This document shows, in pieces, positions 30,036 through 38,763 of a stretch of DNA of 64,000 nucleotides. The notes beneath the pieces were generated by a model. The model ran no database searches and had not been told where the DNA came from. It saw only the letters and a program-made list of their open reading frames with translations. This stretch comes from an uncultured Opitutaceae bacterium (GTDB lineage Bacteria; Verrucomicrobiota; Verrucomicrobiia; Opitutales; Opitutaceae): NCBI GenBank assembly GCA_964534685.1, contig CAZHPC010000001.1:23950-87949 (forward strand), in the 5' to 3' direction. The position numbers and the translations under genes are program-made. Within the stretch, counting starts at the first letter, position 1; each line of letters starts with the position of its first letter.

Positions 30036-30203
30036 ATGAAGGAGCCATCCCGAGCAGACCGGCAGCTGAGGTGCTTCCGAAAACGGAGGTACCGCAGCCA
30101 GGGCGACGCGCTTGACGCCGCCCTTTGCGCCGGCGTCGAGCGCCTGCGCAAGGCATATCTGTGCCCGTACTGCAGGCAGTGGCATCTGACGACAGTCGAG
30201 TGA
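30036..30203 (+). CDS. hypothetical small Cys-containing protein (55 aa, CxxC...WH tail); below the ORF-track cutoff
   Basis: ATG at 30036, TGA at 30201-30203. Product: MKEPSRADRQLRCFRKRRYRSQGDALDAALCAGVERLRKAYLCPYCRQWHLTTVE. 44 of 55 codons end in G/C, as in real genes here. The C-terminal Y.CP.C..WHLT motif resembles a widespread small zinc-knuckle protein type. No clear Shine-Dalgarno sequence. Confidence 0.4.
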   Translation: MKEPSRADRQLRCFRKRRYRSQGDALDAALCAGVERLRKAYLCPYCRQWHLTTVE

Positions 30204-30296
30204 CGTCCGCCCGGTCTGACCATGCGGGGCTCGACCCGAAGGCGGCACCGGTCAAGATGTTTGCGCCGGCGGCAAAAGCATGGAACCCCAGCCACG

Positions 30297-31172
30297 ATGA
30301 ATATCTCACGACGCGAAGCCCTGAAAGCAATGGCCGGAACGGCCGCACTCGCCGCCCTGCCCCTGGGGCGCTCGCAAGACGCCAAGCCGCTTTCGGCCGC
30401 GCCCGCGGCGGGTCCTGGCGGCTCATTCAGACACTCGGTCTGCCGCTGGTGCTATCAGAAGATCCCCCTGGACGATTTGGCACGCGAGGCGAAGCGCATC
30501 GGGCTTGAGTCGGTCGAGCTGCTCGAACCGCCTGAATGGCCCGTGGTCCAGAAACACGGGCTCACCTGCGCGATGGCGATGGGAGCCACCCGGATACCCG
30601 AGGGCCTTAACCGAATCGAGCACCACGCCGTCATGGTGCCCGGGATGATCGAGCGCATCGACGCCTGCGCCGATGCGGGCCTTCCCAATGTGATCTGCTT
30701 CTCGGGGAACCGCGGCGGCATGGACGACGAGCTCGGGCTCGCCAACTGCGCCATCGCGCTCAAGCAGATCGTGGGCGAGGCGGAGAAGCGCAGGGTCACG
30801 GTCTGCATGGAGCTCCTGAACAGCAAGGTCAACCACCCCGACTACATGTGCGACCACACGGCCTGGGGCGTTGAGCTCGTGAAGCGGGTCGGCTCGGACC
30901 GGTTCAAGCTCCTCTATGACATCTACCATATGCAGATCATGGAAGGGGATGTGATCCACACGATCCGCGACAACCACCCGTACATCGCCCACTACCACAC
31001 CGGCGGCGTCCCGGGACGCCATGAGATCGACGGGACCCAGGAGCTCAACTACGCCCCGATATGCCGCGCGATCAAGGAGGTTGGCCACCGCGGCTTCCTT
31101 GCGCAGGAGTTCATTCCCGCCCGCGACCCCTTCACGTCCCTGGCCGAGGCCGTGGCGATTTGCACGGTCTGA
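30297..31172 (+). CDS. sugar phosphate isomerase/epimerase (xylose isomerase-like TIM barrel, hydroxypyruvate isomerase-like), Tat-exported
   Basis: Tat signal MNISRREALKAMAGTAALAALP. AP-endonuclease-2/TIM pattern ...VCMELLN...YDIYHMQIMEGD...HYHTGG. Confidence 0.8.
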   Translation: MNISRREALKAMAGTAALAALPLGRSQDAKPLSAAPAAGPGGSFRHSVCRWCYQKIPLDDLAREAKRIGLESVELLEPPEWPVVQKHGLTCAMAMGATRIPEGLNRIEHHAVMVPGMIERIDACADAGLPNVICFSGNRGGMDDELGLANCAIALKQIVGEAEKRRVTVCMELLNSKVNHPDYMCDHTAWGVELVKRVGSDRFKLLYDIYHMQIMEGDVIHTIRDNHPYIAHYHTGGVPGRHEIDGTQELNYAPICRAIKEVGHRGFLAQEFIPARDPFTSLAEAVAICTV

Positions 31173-31242
31173 CCGCCAGCCTGGGCACGCCTGCGTAGAG
31201 ATTTCCTTCGTCTCGCCTCGGTTCCTCCCCTAGAAGGAGGCC

Positions 31243-31869
31243 ATGCTTCTCGATTTTGCCGCGCTCAAGTCCCGCATCGCCTACCGGTGGATGTCGTCCA
31301 CGATACTGCCGAGACCCATCGCATGGGTTTCCACGATATCGCCCGACGGCAGGACAAACCTCGCCCCGTTCAGCTTCTTCCAGGGGGTGACGGCAAACCC
31401 GCCCACGCTCATGTTCGTGCCCGTCAACACGCGCGAGGGCACGAAGAAGGACACGGTCAGGAACATCGAGCTGCTTCCGGAGTTCGTCGTCAACCTGGTG
31501 CCGTTCGCGCTCGCAGAACAGATGAACAACTGCGCTGCGCTCCTGCCCTACGGCGAGAGCGAGTTCTCGGCATTCGGGATCACTGCGGCGCCCTCGGAAA
31601 GGGTGAGGCCGCCGCGCGTGGCGGCGTCGCCGGTCGCGTTCGAGTGCACGCTCGACCAGATTGTCCACATCGGCACGGGCCCGCTCGCGGCCAACGTCAT
31701 CTTCGGGCGGATCATCGTGGCCCACGTTAGCGACGACATCCTCGGCCCGGAGGGCTTTCCCGATTCCGCGAAGCTTGACCTCGTCGGCCGCCTGGGCGGC
31801 GAGGACTACGCCAGGACCCGGGAGACCTTCACCCTCCCAAGGCCCGACCGGCGGCAATACCAAGCCTAG
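31243..31869 (+). CDS. flavin reductase family protein (FMN-binding split barrel)
   Basis: Strong RBS GAAGGAGG 3 nt upstream of the ATG. Contains the PRPIAWVSTISPDGRTNLAPFSFF motif. Confidence 0.8.
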   Translation: MLLDFAALKSRIAYRWMSSTILPRPIAWVSTISPDGRTNLAPFSFFQGVTANPPTLMFVPVNTREGTKKDTVRNIELLPEFVVNLVPFALAEQMNNCAALLPYGESEFSAFGITAAPSERVRPPRVAASPVAFECTLDQIVHIGTGPLAANVIFGRIIVAHVSDDILGPEGFPDSAKLDLVGRLGGEDYARTRETFTLPRPDRRQYQA

Positions 31870-33242
31870 CCCTCGGGCCCGCCGCCCCGGGAGGCGGAGC
31901 GTTCGCGCAGCGCCTCGTAAATCGGCCGGTCCTTCAGGGCCTCGGCGACGCCGTAGGCTGCAAAGCAGCTGACCAACAGCGGCAGCATGAAATCGTACTT
32001 TCCTGTGAGCTCGGTCATGAGGACGATGCCGGTGAGCGGCGCCCGCACCGTCGCCGTGAAGAGCGCCCCCATGCCTATGACCGCAAACGTCTCCGGATAG
32101 GCCGCCAGGCCCGGTATGACCGCGTGGACGCCCGCGCCCACCGCCAACCCGCCTAGGGAGCCCAGGACAAGAAGCGGGGCGAAGATGCCACCGGCTGCAC
32201 CCGAGCCGTAGCTCACCATCGTCAGGACAAACCGGGCCGCGACGAGGACGAGCATCCACTGAACCGCGATCTCGCCGGAGAGGGCCCTCTCCGAGAGCAC
32301 GGCCCCCGATCCGCTGACACCCGGATAGATCCACGCGGCCAGGCCAACGACCGCCCCGGCGCAGGCGCCCACGGCGAAGGGCGGCCACCGCCTCAGCCGC
32401 TCGAAGAGGTTGAGGCTCGCCAGCAGGGACCTGTTGAACGCCACCCCGGCGAAGCCAGCAACGACGCCGAGGATCGCCGCGACGGGAAGCGCGCTTAGCG
32501 TGGGGACCTGCATCCCCTGGAGGACAAACACCGGCGTCTCCCCGGTAACGACGCGGCAGACGACGTCCGCGGTCACGGCTGCGAGGAAGGACGCCACGAA
32601 TACGACGGGCGTGAACCTCCCGTTTAGCTCCTCAAGGACGAAGATGAGGCCCGCCAGAGGTGCGTTGAAGGCGGCCGCGAGGCCGGCTGCCGCGCCGGCG
32701 CTGATGAGCGCCTTCCTCTCCCCCTCCCCCTGCTTGACACGGAACCATGTCGAGACCATGAGGCCCGTCGCACCGCCCATTTGGACCGTAGGGCCCTCGC
32801 GGCCGAGCGTCAGGCCGGCACCGATGCCGGCGACACCCGACAGAAATTTGACCGGAAGCACTCGCTTCCAATGGAGCTCCTTCTCCCCCATGACGACGGA
32901 CTTCAGGTCGGGAATGCCGCTACCTGCGGCTTCCGGCGCAAAGCGCCGGACGAGCCAGAGGCCAATTCCGCTCCCTATCGCCCCGATCCCAACGGCGACG
33001 AAGAATCCCTCAAGGAGCGGAAGGCGCTGGATCCAGTCAATCCGGCCGTGCTCAAGGAAATGCAGCGCCATCCTGAAGCCCGAGGCGACGAAGCCGGTGA
33101 CCAGGCCGACAACGAGCGCCTTCGGGAGAATGTGGCGCCGCTTGACCTCGGGTTCCTTCAGGCCGGAGTTCGAAGCCGGAAGGGGGCCCCCCGGGCCGTC
33201 CGCACTGGCATCGCGCCGCGTTGGATTATTCTCGAGCGTCAT
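31866..33242 (-). CDS. ClC family H(+)/Cl(-) exchange transporter
   Basis: Selectivity-filter motifs GSGIP, GREGP and GIFAP. Multi-TM protein. Confidence 0.9.
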   Translation of the reverse strand: MTLENNPTRRDASADGPGGPLPASNSGLKEPEVKRRHILPKALVVGLVTGFVASGFRMALHFLEHGRIDWIQRLPLLEGFFVAVGIGAIGSGIGLWLVRRFAPEAAGSGIPDLKSVVMGEKELHWKRVLPVKFLSGVAGIGAGLTLGREGPTVQMGGATGLMVSTWFRVKQGEGERKALISAGAAAGLAAAFNAPLAGLIFVLEELNGRFTPVVFVASFLAAVTADVVCRVVTGETPVFVLQGMQVPTLSALPVAAILGVVAGFAGVAFNRSLLASLNLFERLRRWPPFAVGACAGAVVGLAAWIYPGVSGSGAVLSERALSGEIAVQWMLVLVAARFVLTMVSYGSGAAGGIFAPLLVLGSLGGLAVGAGVHAVIPGLAAYPETFAVIGMGALFTATVRAPLTGIVLMTELTGKYDFMLPLLVSCFAAYGVAEALKDRPIYEALRERSASRGGGPEG

Positions 33243-33769
33243 TCTGCCTCAGTAAACTCGCACAGTGAATAGACCCTGACGCCCAATCTCTGGAGCCGAC
33301 CGGACCCGTTCAGCTCGGGAAGATTGACGATGGCACCGACGTCCCGGACCGTGCAACCGAGGTGCTCAAAGAGCTGGACCGCCGCGCAGAGCGTGCCCCC
33401 CGTGGCGATAAGGTCGTCCATCAGAAGGACATCCGAACCCTTGGGCGCGGCGTCCGCCTGTATCTCGAGGATACTCTGTCCGTATTCCAGCTGGTACTCG
33501 GCGTGGATGGTCTCGCCCGGCAGCTTCCCCTTCTTCCGCACCATCACCAGCGGCTTCCCCAGGGCGTAGGCCAGGACGCTCGCCGGTATGAAACCCCGGG
33601 CGTCCAGTCCCGCGACGATGTCAAAATGCCTGTTCCTGTAGTGCCTGATGAACATGTCCATCGCAGCGCGGAACCCCTCCGGATGGCGCAGGAGGGAACT
33701 GACGTCCCGGAAGCGCACCGGCGGATGCGGCCAGTCCGGAATCGTGCGTATCATGGACTTGATGTTCAT
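33239..33769 (-). CDS. apt: adenine phosphoribosyltransferase
   Basis: 176 aa with the PRPP-binding motif VLLMDDLIATGGTL. Overlaps the ClC gene start by 4 nt. Confidence 0.9.
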   Translation of the reverse strand: MNIKSMIRTIPDWPHPPVRFRDVSSLLRHPEGFRAAMDMFIRHYRNRHFDIVAGLDARGFIPASVLAYALGKPLVMVRKKGKLPGETIHAEYQLEYGQSILEIQADAAPKGSDVLLMDDLIATGGTLCAAVQLFEHLGCTVRDVGAIVNLPELNGSGRLQRLGVRVYSLCEFTEAE

Positions 33770-33798
33770 CGGGTCGCGGGCTCGGTTTGCCCACGGCT

Positions 33799-35250
33799 TT
33801 ATTTGAATTCAACCCCGGTCGCGTTATCGATCGAAAACTTGCCCTCGGCCGCATCGCGGATCGGGCGGCCCAGGTACTGCAGGCCCTCGATGACAACGTT
33901 CTCCACCGCGTGGCTCCCGTCGAAGCCCGCGAGGACGCTGTAGGGCAGCGCCCCGTCGACCACGTGCAGGTTCGTCACCCGAATGTTCCTGATGTGCCCG
34001 CGGAATCTCGCCCGCTCCGGCCTCTCCGCGGGTTCGAAGGTCAGCATCCCGTCCCAGGTGCCGCCGCGATCGATCCGGCGGGCATTCTCCTCATCGCTTG
34101 CCGGCCGGTCCGCGCCGTACTGCGCGTACACCACCGCAAAGTCGATCAGCTTGCGGCGCGCGTCCTCCACCCTGATGCGGTCAAAGACGACATCCTCGAC
34201 CGTGGCGGCATCCCCGTTGTGGATGCTGATGGCCGAGCCGCGCTCCACGTGGATGATGTCGATGTCCTCGAACCGGATGGCGTGAATCCGCCTGTTCCGG
34301 GTTTCGAAGCCGATCTCAAGGCCGTTCCCGCCGGTCGGCATGTTCCACATGACGGAATGGCGGACGGTGATGTCATGCGTGTCGACGTCGCCCAGGTTCT
34401 TCACCACGACGCAGTCGTCATTCGTCCGGACGAAGACGTTCTCGACCAGCACGTCGCTCGAGGAGACGATGTCGAATCCGTCGTCGCCGTAGTGGACGCT
34501 GGGATTCAGGATCCGAAGGCCGTCGACGCGTGTGCCCTTTGTGCCAGTCATGTAGACGGTCCACGCGTCATGGCAGTTGAAGAGGGTGACTCCCTCGAGC
34601 CTCGCCCCTTCGGTATTCTCCAGATAGATCAGGTTGCGAAGGCCCGCGCTGCCCGGGCCCACGACGTCGGTGGCGCCCGGCCCCCCGACGTCCGAGCCGT
34701 CCAGGACGCCGCGGCCGCAGATGGTGACGTTCCTCGAGCCCATGGAGCGGACGTTCCCCTTCACCCATGCCCCAGGCGCCAGGTAAAGCGTCTCGCCGCT
34801 TCGCAGGTCAATCAGGCCTGGTTCATGAAGCCCGGGCCCATAGTAGCGGACATTGGGTGTGTCGGGCCTCGGGGCATATTGCTCCGGGGCATAGGGGAAG
34901 AGATGCACCACCTGGGTCAGGTCATCATTGAACTCCACCGTGAGCGGAGTCGTGCCCGTCACCCTGAAGCTCACGCCGCGGTGGTCGCTCGATATCGCCG
35001 AAACGACGCGCGCGGACATGGGCCGGACATTCACCCAGCGAACATCGAAGCCGGTGCGGATCTCGACATCGATGGGCTTCGACGCCTCAAAGAGGCCGAA
35101 TGCGCCCTGGGCGAACGCATGCAGCTGGAGAGGCTCCCCGTTCAGGCTCGCATGAACCTCAAAGGGCGCCGCCACGTCGGGCGCGGCCCAGGCACGCGCC
35201 AGCTGCGCAAATCCAAGCAAGAGAACCCCCGCGGACTGTCTGAGTTTCAT
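33799..35250 (-). CDS. secreted right-handed beta-helix glycoside hydrolase (GH28-like) with N-terminal beta-sandwich
   Basis: ATG at 35250 gives the signal peptide MKLRQSAGVLLLGFAQLARAWA. Beta-helix motifs YGDDGFDIVSSSD, NDDCVVVKN and GGNGLEIGFE. The track extension to 35769 is Arg/Gly/Pro-rich and overlaps the divergent gene. Confidence 0.75.
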   Translation of the reverse strand: MKLRQSAGVLLLGFAQLARAWAAPDVAAPFEVHASLNGEPLQLHAFAQGAFGLFEASKPIDVEIRTGFDVRWVNVRPMSARVVSAISSDHRGVSFRVTGTTPLTVEFNDDLTQVVHLFPYAPEQYAPRPDTPNVRYYGPGLHEPGLIDLRSGETLYLAPGAWVKGNVRSMGSRNVTICGRGVLDGSDVGGPGATDVVGPGSAGLRNLIYLENTEGARLEGVTLFNCHDAWTVYMTGTKGTRVDGLRILNPSVHYGDDGFDIVSSSDVLVENVFVRTNDDCVVVKNLGDVDTHDITVRHSVMWNMPTGGNGLEIGFETRNRRIHAIRFEDIDIIHVERGSAISIHNGDAATVEDVVFDRIRVEDARRKLIDFAVVYAQYGADRPASDEENARRIDRGGTWDGMLTFEPAERPERARFRGHIRNIRVTNLHVVDGALPYSVLAGFDGSHAVENVVIEGLQYLGRPIRDAAEGKFSIDNATGVEFK

Positions 35251-35406
35251 ATAGGTGAATCGAGACTCTGCCTTAGGCGGATCGCCATTCAATCCCCGAA
35301 AGATCGGCGGCTGATCCCCGGCCGGCCGTATTTCACGCTGGAACATCGACCCGGCGCGCTTTACCCGTGAGCTGGACCGCAGCGCACCGAAAGCCATCAT
35401 TGACCC

Positions 35407-37587
35407 ATGAAGAAACTCGCGCGCGCCGCCTGCCTGATTCTCGCGCTGGCCTCCCCTGCGCTGCGCGGCCAGGCCGTGCACATCGAGCCGAAAGGCAGCC
35501 AGCTGCCCGGCCCGGCCCAGGACGGCGCTGGCCAGGACTGGTTCGACGGGATGACCAATTGGCGGCGTGACTCGGCGGCGGGGTATGACGGTTGGATCAA
35601 GGCGTTGCGGGCCTGGCGCGAGGGGCAGCTGGCGCGGATCAGCTACGACGACTCCCAATACGGGCGCACCGAGCTCCTGTGGACCCAGCGCGACTTCGTG
35701 CAGCCCCAGACAATGGTCGAGGAGCGGTATCTCTACGACCCCGCAACCCGCCGCTACACCGTGGACCACTTCCTTGACGACCTAAACCGGCGCTACGGCG
35801 GGATCGAGAGCGTGCTGCTGTGGCCGGTCTACCCGAACATCGGGATCGACAACCGCAACCAATGGGACCTCGCAAGGGACATGCCGGGTGGAATCCCCGC
35901 GTTGCGCGGGATGATCCAGGACTTCCACAGGCGCAGGGTCCGCGTGTTCTTCCCGACGATGCCCTGGGACACCGGCACCCGCGACGTCGGGACCCCCCAT
36001 TCGCAGGCCTCCGCCGAGTTGCTCGCCGAGGTCGGGGCCGACGGCATGAACGGCGACACGTTCGACGGCATCCCCCTCGACTACCGCCTCGCTTCGGACG
36101 CGACGATGCACCCGCTCGCCCTGGAACCCGAGCTGTCCCCCAGGGACGACGGCATGCTGGCCTACAACAACCAGAGCTGGGCCTATTGGGACTACCCGTT
36201 CGTGCCGATGGTGAGCAAATGGAAGTGGCTCGAGCCGCGGCATATGATCAACGTGTGCGACCGCTGGGCCAAGGACCACACGGACGACCTGCAGGCCGCA
36301 TTCTTCAACGGCGTCGGCTTCGAGAGCTGGGAGAACGTCTGGGGATACTGGAACCAGCTGACACCCCGGGACGCGGAGGCCCTGCGCCGCATCGCCGCGA
36401 TCTACCGCGCGTTCCCGGAGCTGCTCGTGAGCAGGGACTGGACGCCCCACGTGCCCACCCTTCGATACGGCGTGTACGCAAGCCAGTTTCCCTCGAAGGG
36501 GCTCATCCTGTGGACCATCGTGAACCGCGGCGAATTCAACATAGGCGAGGGGATCCTCGAGGTGGACCACAAGGCCGGGCGGCGTTATTACGACCTCTGG
36601 AACGGCATCGAGGTGTCCCCCCGGACCGGGGGGGCGCGCGCGGTGATCAGCCTTGCGCTTGAGCCACGGGGCTTCGGCGCGGTGCTTGGCGTTGATGAAG
36701 GCGTCCGGGCGGAGACCCTCGCGGCCCTGCTCGCGCAAATGCGGAGCCGGGCCGCAATTCCCTTGCAGTCGTATTCAAGCGAATGGCGGTTCCTGCCCCA
36801 GCGGATCGCCGACATCGCTCCCACCCCACCCGCCCGCGAGGCCCCCAACGGGATGGTGGCCGTACCCGGCGGCCTGTTCGTGTTCGAGGTCACCGGGGTT
36901 GAGATCGAGGGCGAGAACCGGATCGGACTCGATGTGCAGTATCCGTGGGAGGATTCGCCGCGCAGGGGCCATTACCATCTGCTCTCGATGAAGCCCTTCT
37001 TCATTGACCGGTATCCCGTGACGAATGCCGAGTTCAAGGCCTTCCTCTACGCGACGCGCTACCACCCGCTGGACGGCCACAACTTCCTACGGCATTGGCT
37101 CCACGGAGCCCCTTCCCCTGGGGAAGAGGGCAATCCGGTCACTTGGGTCTCGCTAGAGGACGCGCGCGCGTACGCCGGCTGGGCGGGGAAGCGGCTGCCC
37201 CATGAATGGGAGTGGCAGTATGCGGCGCAGGGAACCGACGGGCGAATCTATCCCTGGGGCAACTCATGGGATGAGACCGCAGTGCCGGCGCCCTACAAGG
37301 GACGCGACCTGCCGCCGCCCGCGGCCGTCCGCGCCCACCCCCGGGGGGCGAGCCCTTTTGGCGTGGAGGACCTCGTCGGCAACGTCTGGCAGTGGACGGA
37401 TGAATATGCTGACGAGCACACGCGAGCGGCGATCCTGCGCGGCGGAAGCTTCTATCAGCCGCAGCACTCGTACTGGTACTTCCCGCAGGCCTACAAGCTC
37501 ACCGAGCACGGCAAGTACCTGCTGATGGCCCCCTCCAAGGACCGGGCCGGCACGCTCGGATTCCGGTGCGTCATGGACGCACCGTGA
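35407..37587 (+). CDS. secreted two-domain protein: unknown N-terminal domain (about 430 aa) fused to a C-terminal FGE-sulfatase/SUMF1-fold domain lacking the catalytic cysteines
   Basis: Signal peptide MKKLARAACLILALASPALRGQA. C-terminal motifs FFIDRYPVTNAEFKAF, WEWQYAA, YPWGN, VGNVWQWT, RGGSF and LGFRC are typical of the FGE/EgtB/PvdO fold. Confidence 0.8.
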   Translation: MKKLARAACLILALASPALRGQAVHIEPKGSQLPGPAQDGAGQDWFDGMTNWRRDSAAGYDGWIKALRAWREGQLARISYDDSQYGRTELLWTQRDFVQPQTMVEERYLYDPATRRYTVDHFLDDLNRRYGGIESVLLWPVYPNIGIDNRNQWDLARDMPGGIPALRGMIQDFHRRRVRVFFPTMPWDTGTRDVGTPHSQASAELLAEVGADGMNGDTFDGIPLDYRLASDATMHPLALEPELSPRDDGMLAYNNQSWAYWDYPFVPMVSKWKWLEPRHMINVCDRWAKDHTDDLQAAFFNGVGFESWENVWGYWNQLTPRDAEALRRIAAIYRAFPELLVSRDWTPHVPTLRYGVYASQFPSKGLILWTIVNRGEFNIGEGILEVDHKAGRRYYDLWNGIEVSPRTGGARAVISLALEPRGFGAVLGVDEGVRAETLAALLAQMRSRAAIPLQSYSSEWRFLPQRIADIAPTPPAREAPNGMVAVPGGLFVFEVTGVEIEGENRIGLDVQYPWEDSPRRGHYHLLSMKPFFIDRYPVTNAEFKAFLYATRYHPLDGHNFLRHWLHGAPSPGEEGNPVTWVSLEDARAYAGWAGKRLPHEWEWQYAAQGTDGRIYPWGNSWDETAVPAPYKGRDLPPPAAVRAHPRGASPFGVEDLVGNVWQWTDEYADEHTRAAILRGGSFYQPQHSYWYFPQAYKLTEHGKYLLMAPSKDRAGTLGFRCVMDAP

Positions 37588-37624
37588 CCCAGCCCGAGGG
37601 ACCCTTCGGGGTTGGAGATCGCGC

Positions 37625-38530
37625 CTAATTCGGGCCGTCCAGGAACGGGCGGACGGCCGCCAGGAACGCCTCGGGATTCTCGATGCACGGGGCATGCCCG
37701 CAGGCCGGGATGACGACCATCCTGGCGCCCGGGATCCTCGCTGCGAAATCCCTGCCGTCCGCGATGGGGACCAGCTGATCCTCAGCGCCCCAGACGACGA
37801 GCGTCGGGATGCTGATGGATCCGAGCGCGCCGTCGACGGCCTCGGCCTCGTCCGCATTGCCGTTGGTGATCGAGTGGATCGCCCAGGTGTCGCCCTTGCT
37901 CATGCTCCACGCAAAGGAGGCGCGGACAGCATCGTCATTGCGCCATGCCTGCCCGTAAAATACCTTCGATAGCAGGTCCTTGGTTGCGCCAATGGAACTG
38001 GCGACCGGGCCCCCCTGACCCGACCTTTCGGCGGGCCTGCGATGTCCCGCGGCGTCCGACAGTATCAGGCGGACGGGCTTCGGCAGCGCGAACGACGGGC
38101 CCGCAGGGGGCTCGGATCCGAGCGCCTCGATCGCGTATTTCGCCGCGACCCACCCGCCGAGGGATTCGCCGGCGAGCGTGAATTGCCCCACTTTCTTCTC
38201 GCGCAGGAACTCGCCTAGAAAATCCACCCATGTCTGGATTCCGTAGTCGATGAACGGCTTGTCCGAGGCCCCGAAACCGAGCTGGTCGAGAGCCAGCACC
38301 CGGTGGCGCTCGGCGAGCGGCATGATGCATCGCCCCCAGTCCCCCTTGGCGCTGCTCCCAAGCCCGTGGAGAAGGACAATCGCGGGGCCGGAGCCCACGT
38401 CATAATACTGTATTCTCTGCCCGAAGAGGGTCACGGCCTGCTGGGCCGGGAGGCTGGGCGGCGTTTGCGCGCGCGCTGATGGCGTTAGCAGCGCGAGGCA
38501 ACACGGCATGAGGCGAGCGAGAAGTTTCAT
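37625..38530 (-). CDS. alpha/beta hydrolase (secreted esterase-like)
   Basis: ATG at 38530 gives the signal MKLLARLMPCCLALLTPSARAQ. Contains an HGLGSS oxyanion region, the nucleophile elbow GESLGG and a C-terminal CGHAP. Confidence 0.8.
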   Translation of the reverse strand: MKLLARLMPCCLALLTPSARAQTPPSLPAQQAVTLFGQRIQYYDVGSGPAIVLLHGLGSSAKGDWGRCIMPLAERHRVLALDQLGFGASDKPFIDYGIQTWVDFLGEFLREKKVGQFTLAGESLGGWVAAKYAIEALGSEPPAGPSFALPKPVRLILSDAAGHRRPAERSGQGGPVASSIGATKDLLSKVFYGQAWRNDDAVRASFAWSMSKGDTWAIHSITNGNADEAEAVDGALGSISIPTLVVWGAEDQLVPIADGRDFAARIPGARMVVIPACGHAPCIENPEAFLAAVRPFLDGPN

Positions 38531-38763
38531 GTTAGATGACGGATCGTTTTTCGCGGACAACCTGAATGCAGTTTCCGTTGGTCGGGCGTCCAGTCTCAAG
38601 ATATTCGGGATGCGCTCAAGGCTGCGCTGAATACGAGGTCAGGAGACCAGCATCGGGGGTTGGTATCCCCATTTTTTGTTTCCGGAGGCCATGGAGTCTA
38701 ACTGTCAACATGGGAGGGGCTGGCGCTCTCTCCGCGCTTCAGTTTCTGTGTCTGGGCGCTTTC

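Noticed and set aside
33787-35370. 527-aa plus-strand ORF opposite the GH28-like gene
   Set aside because: It is antisense to a frame with a signal peptide and beta-helix motifs, and its composition is Arg/Asp/Val/Gly-biased.
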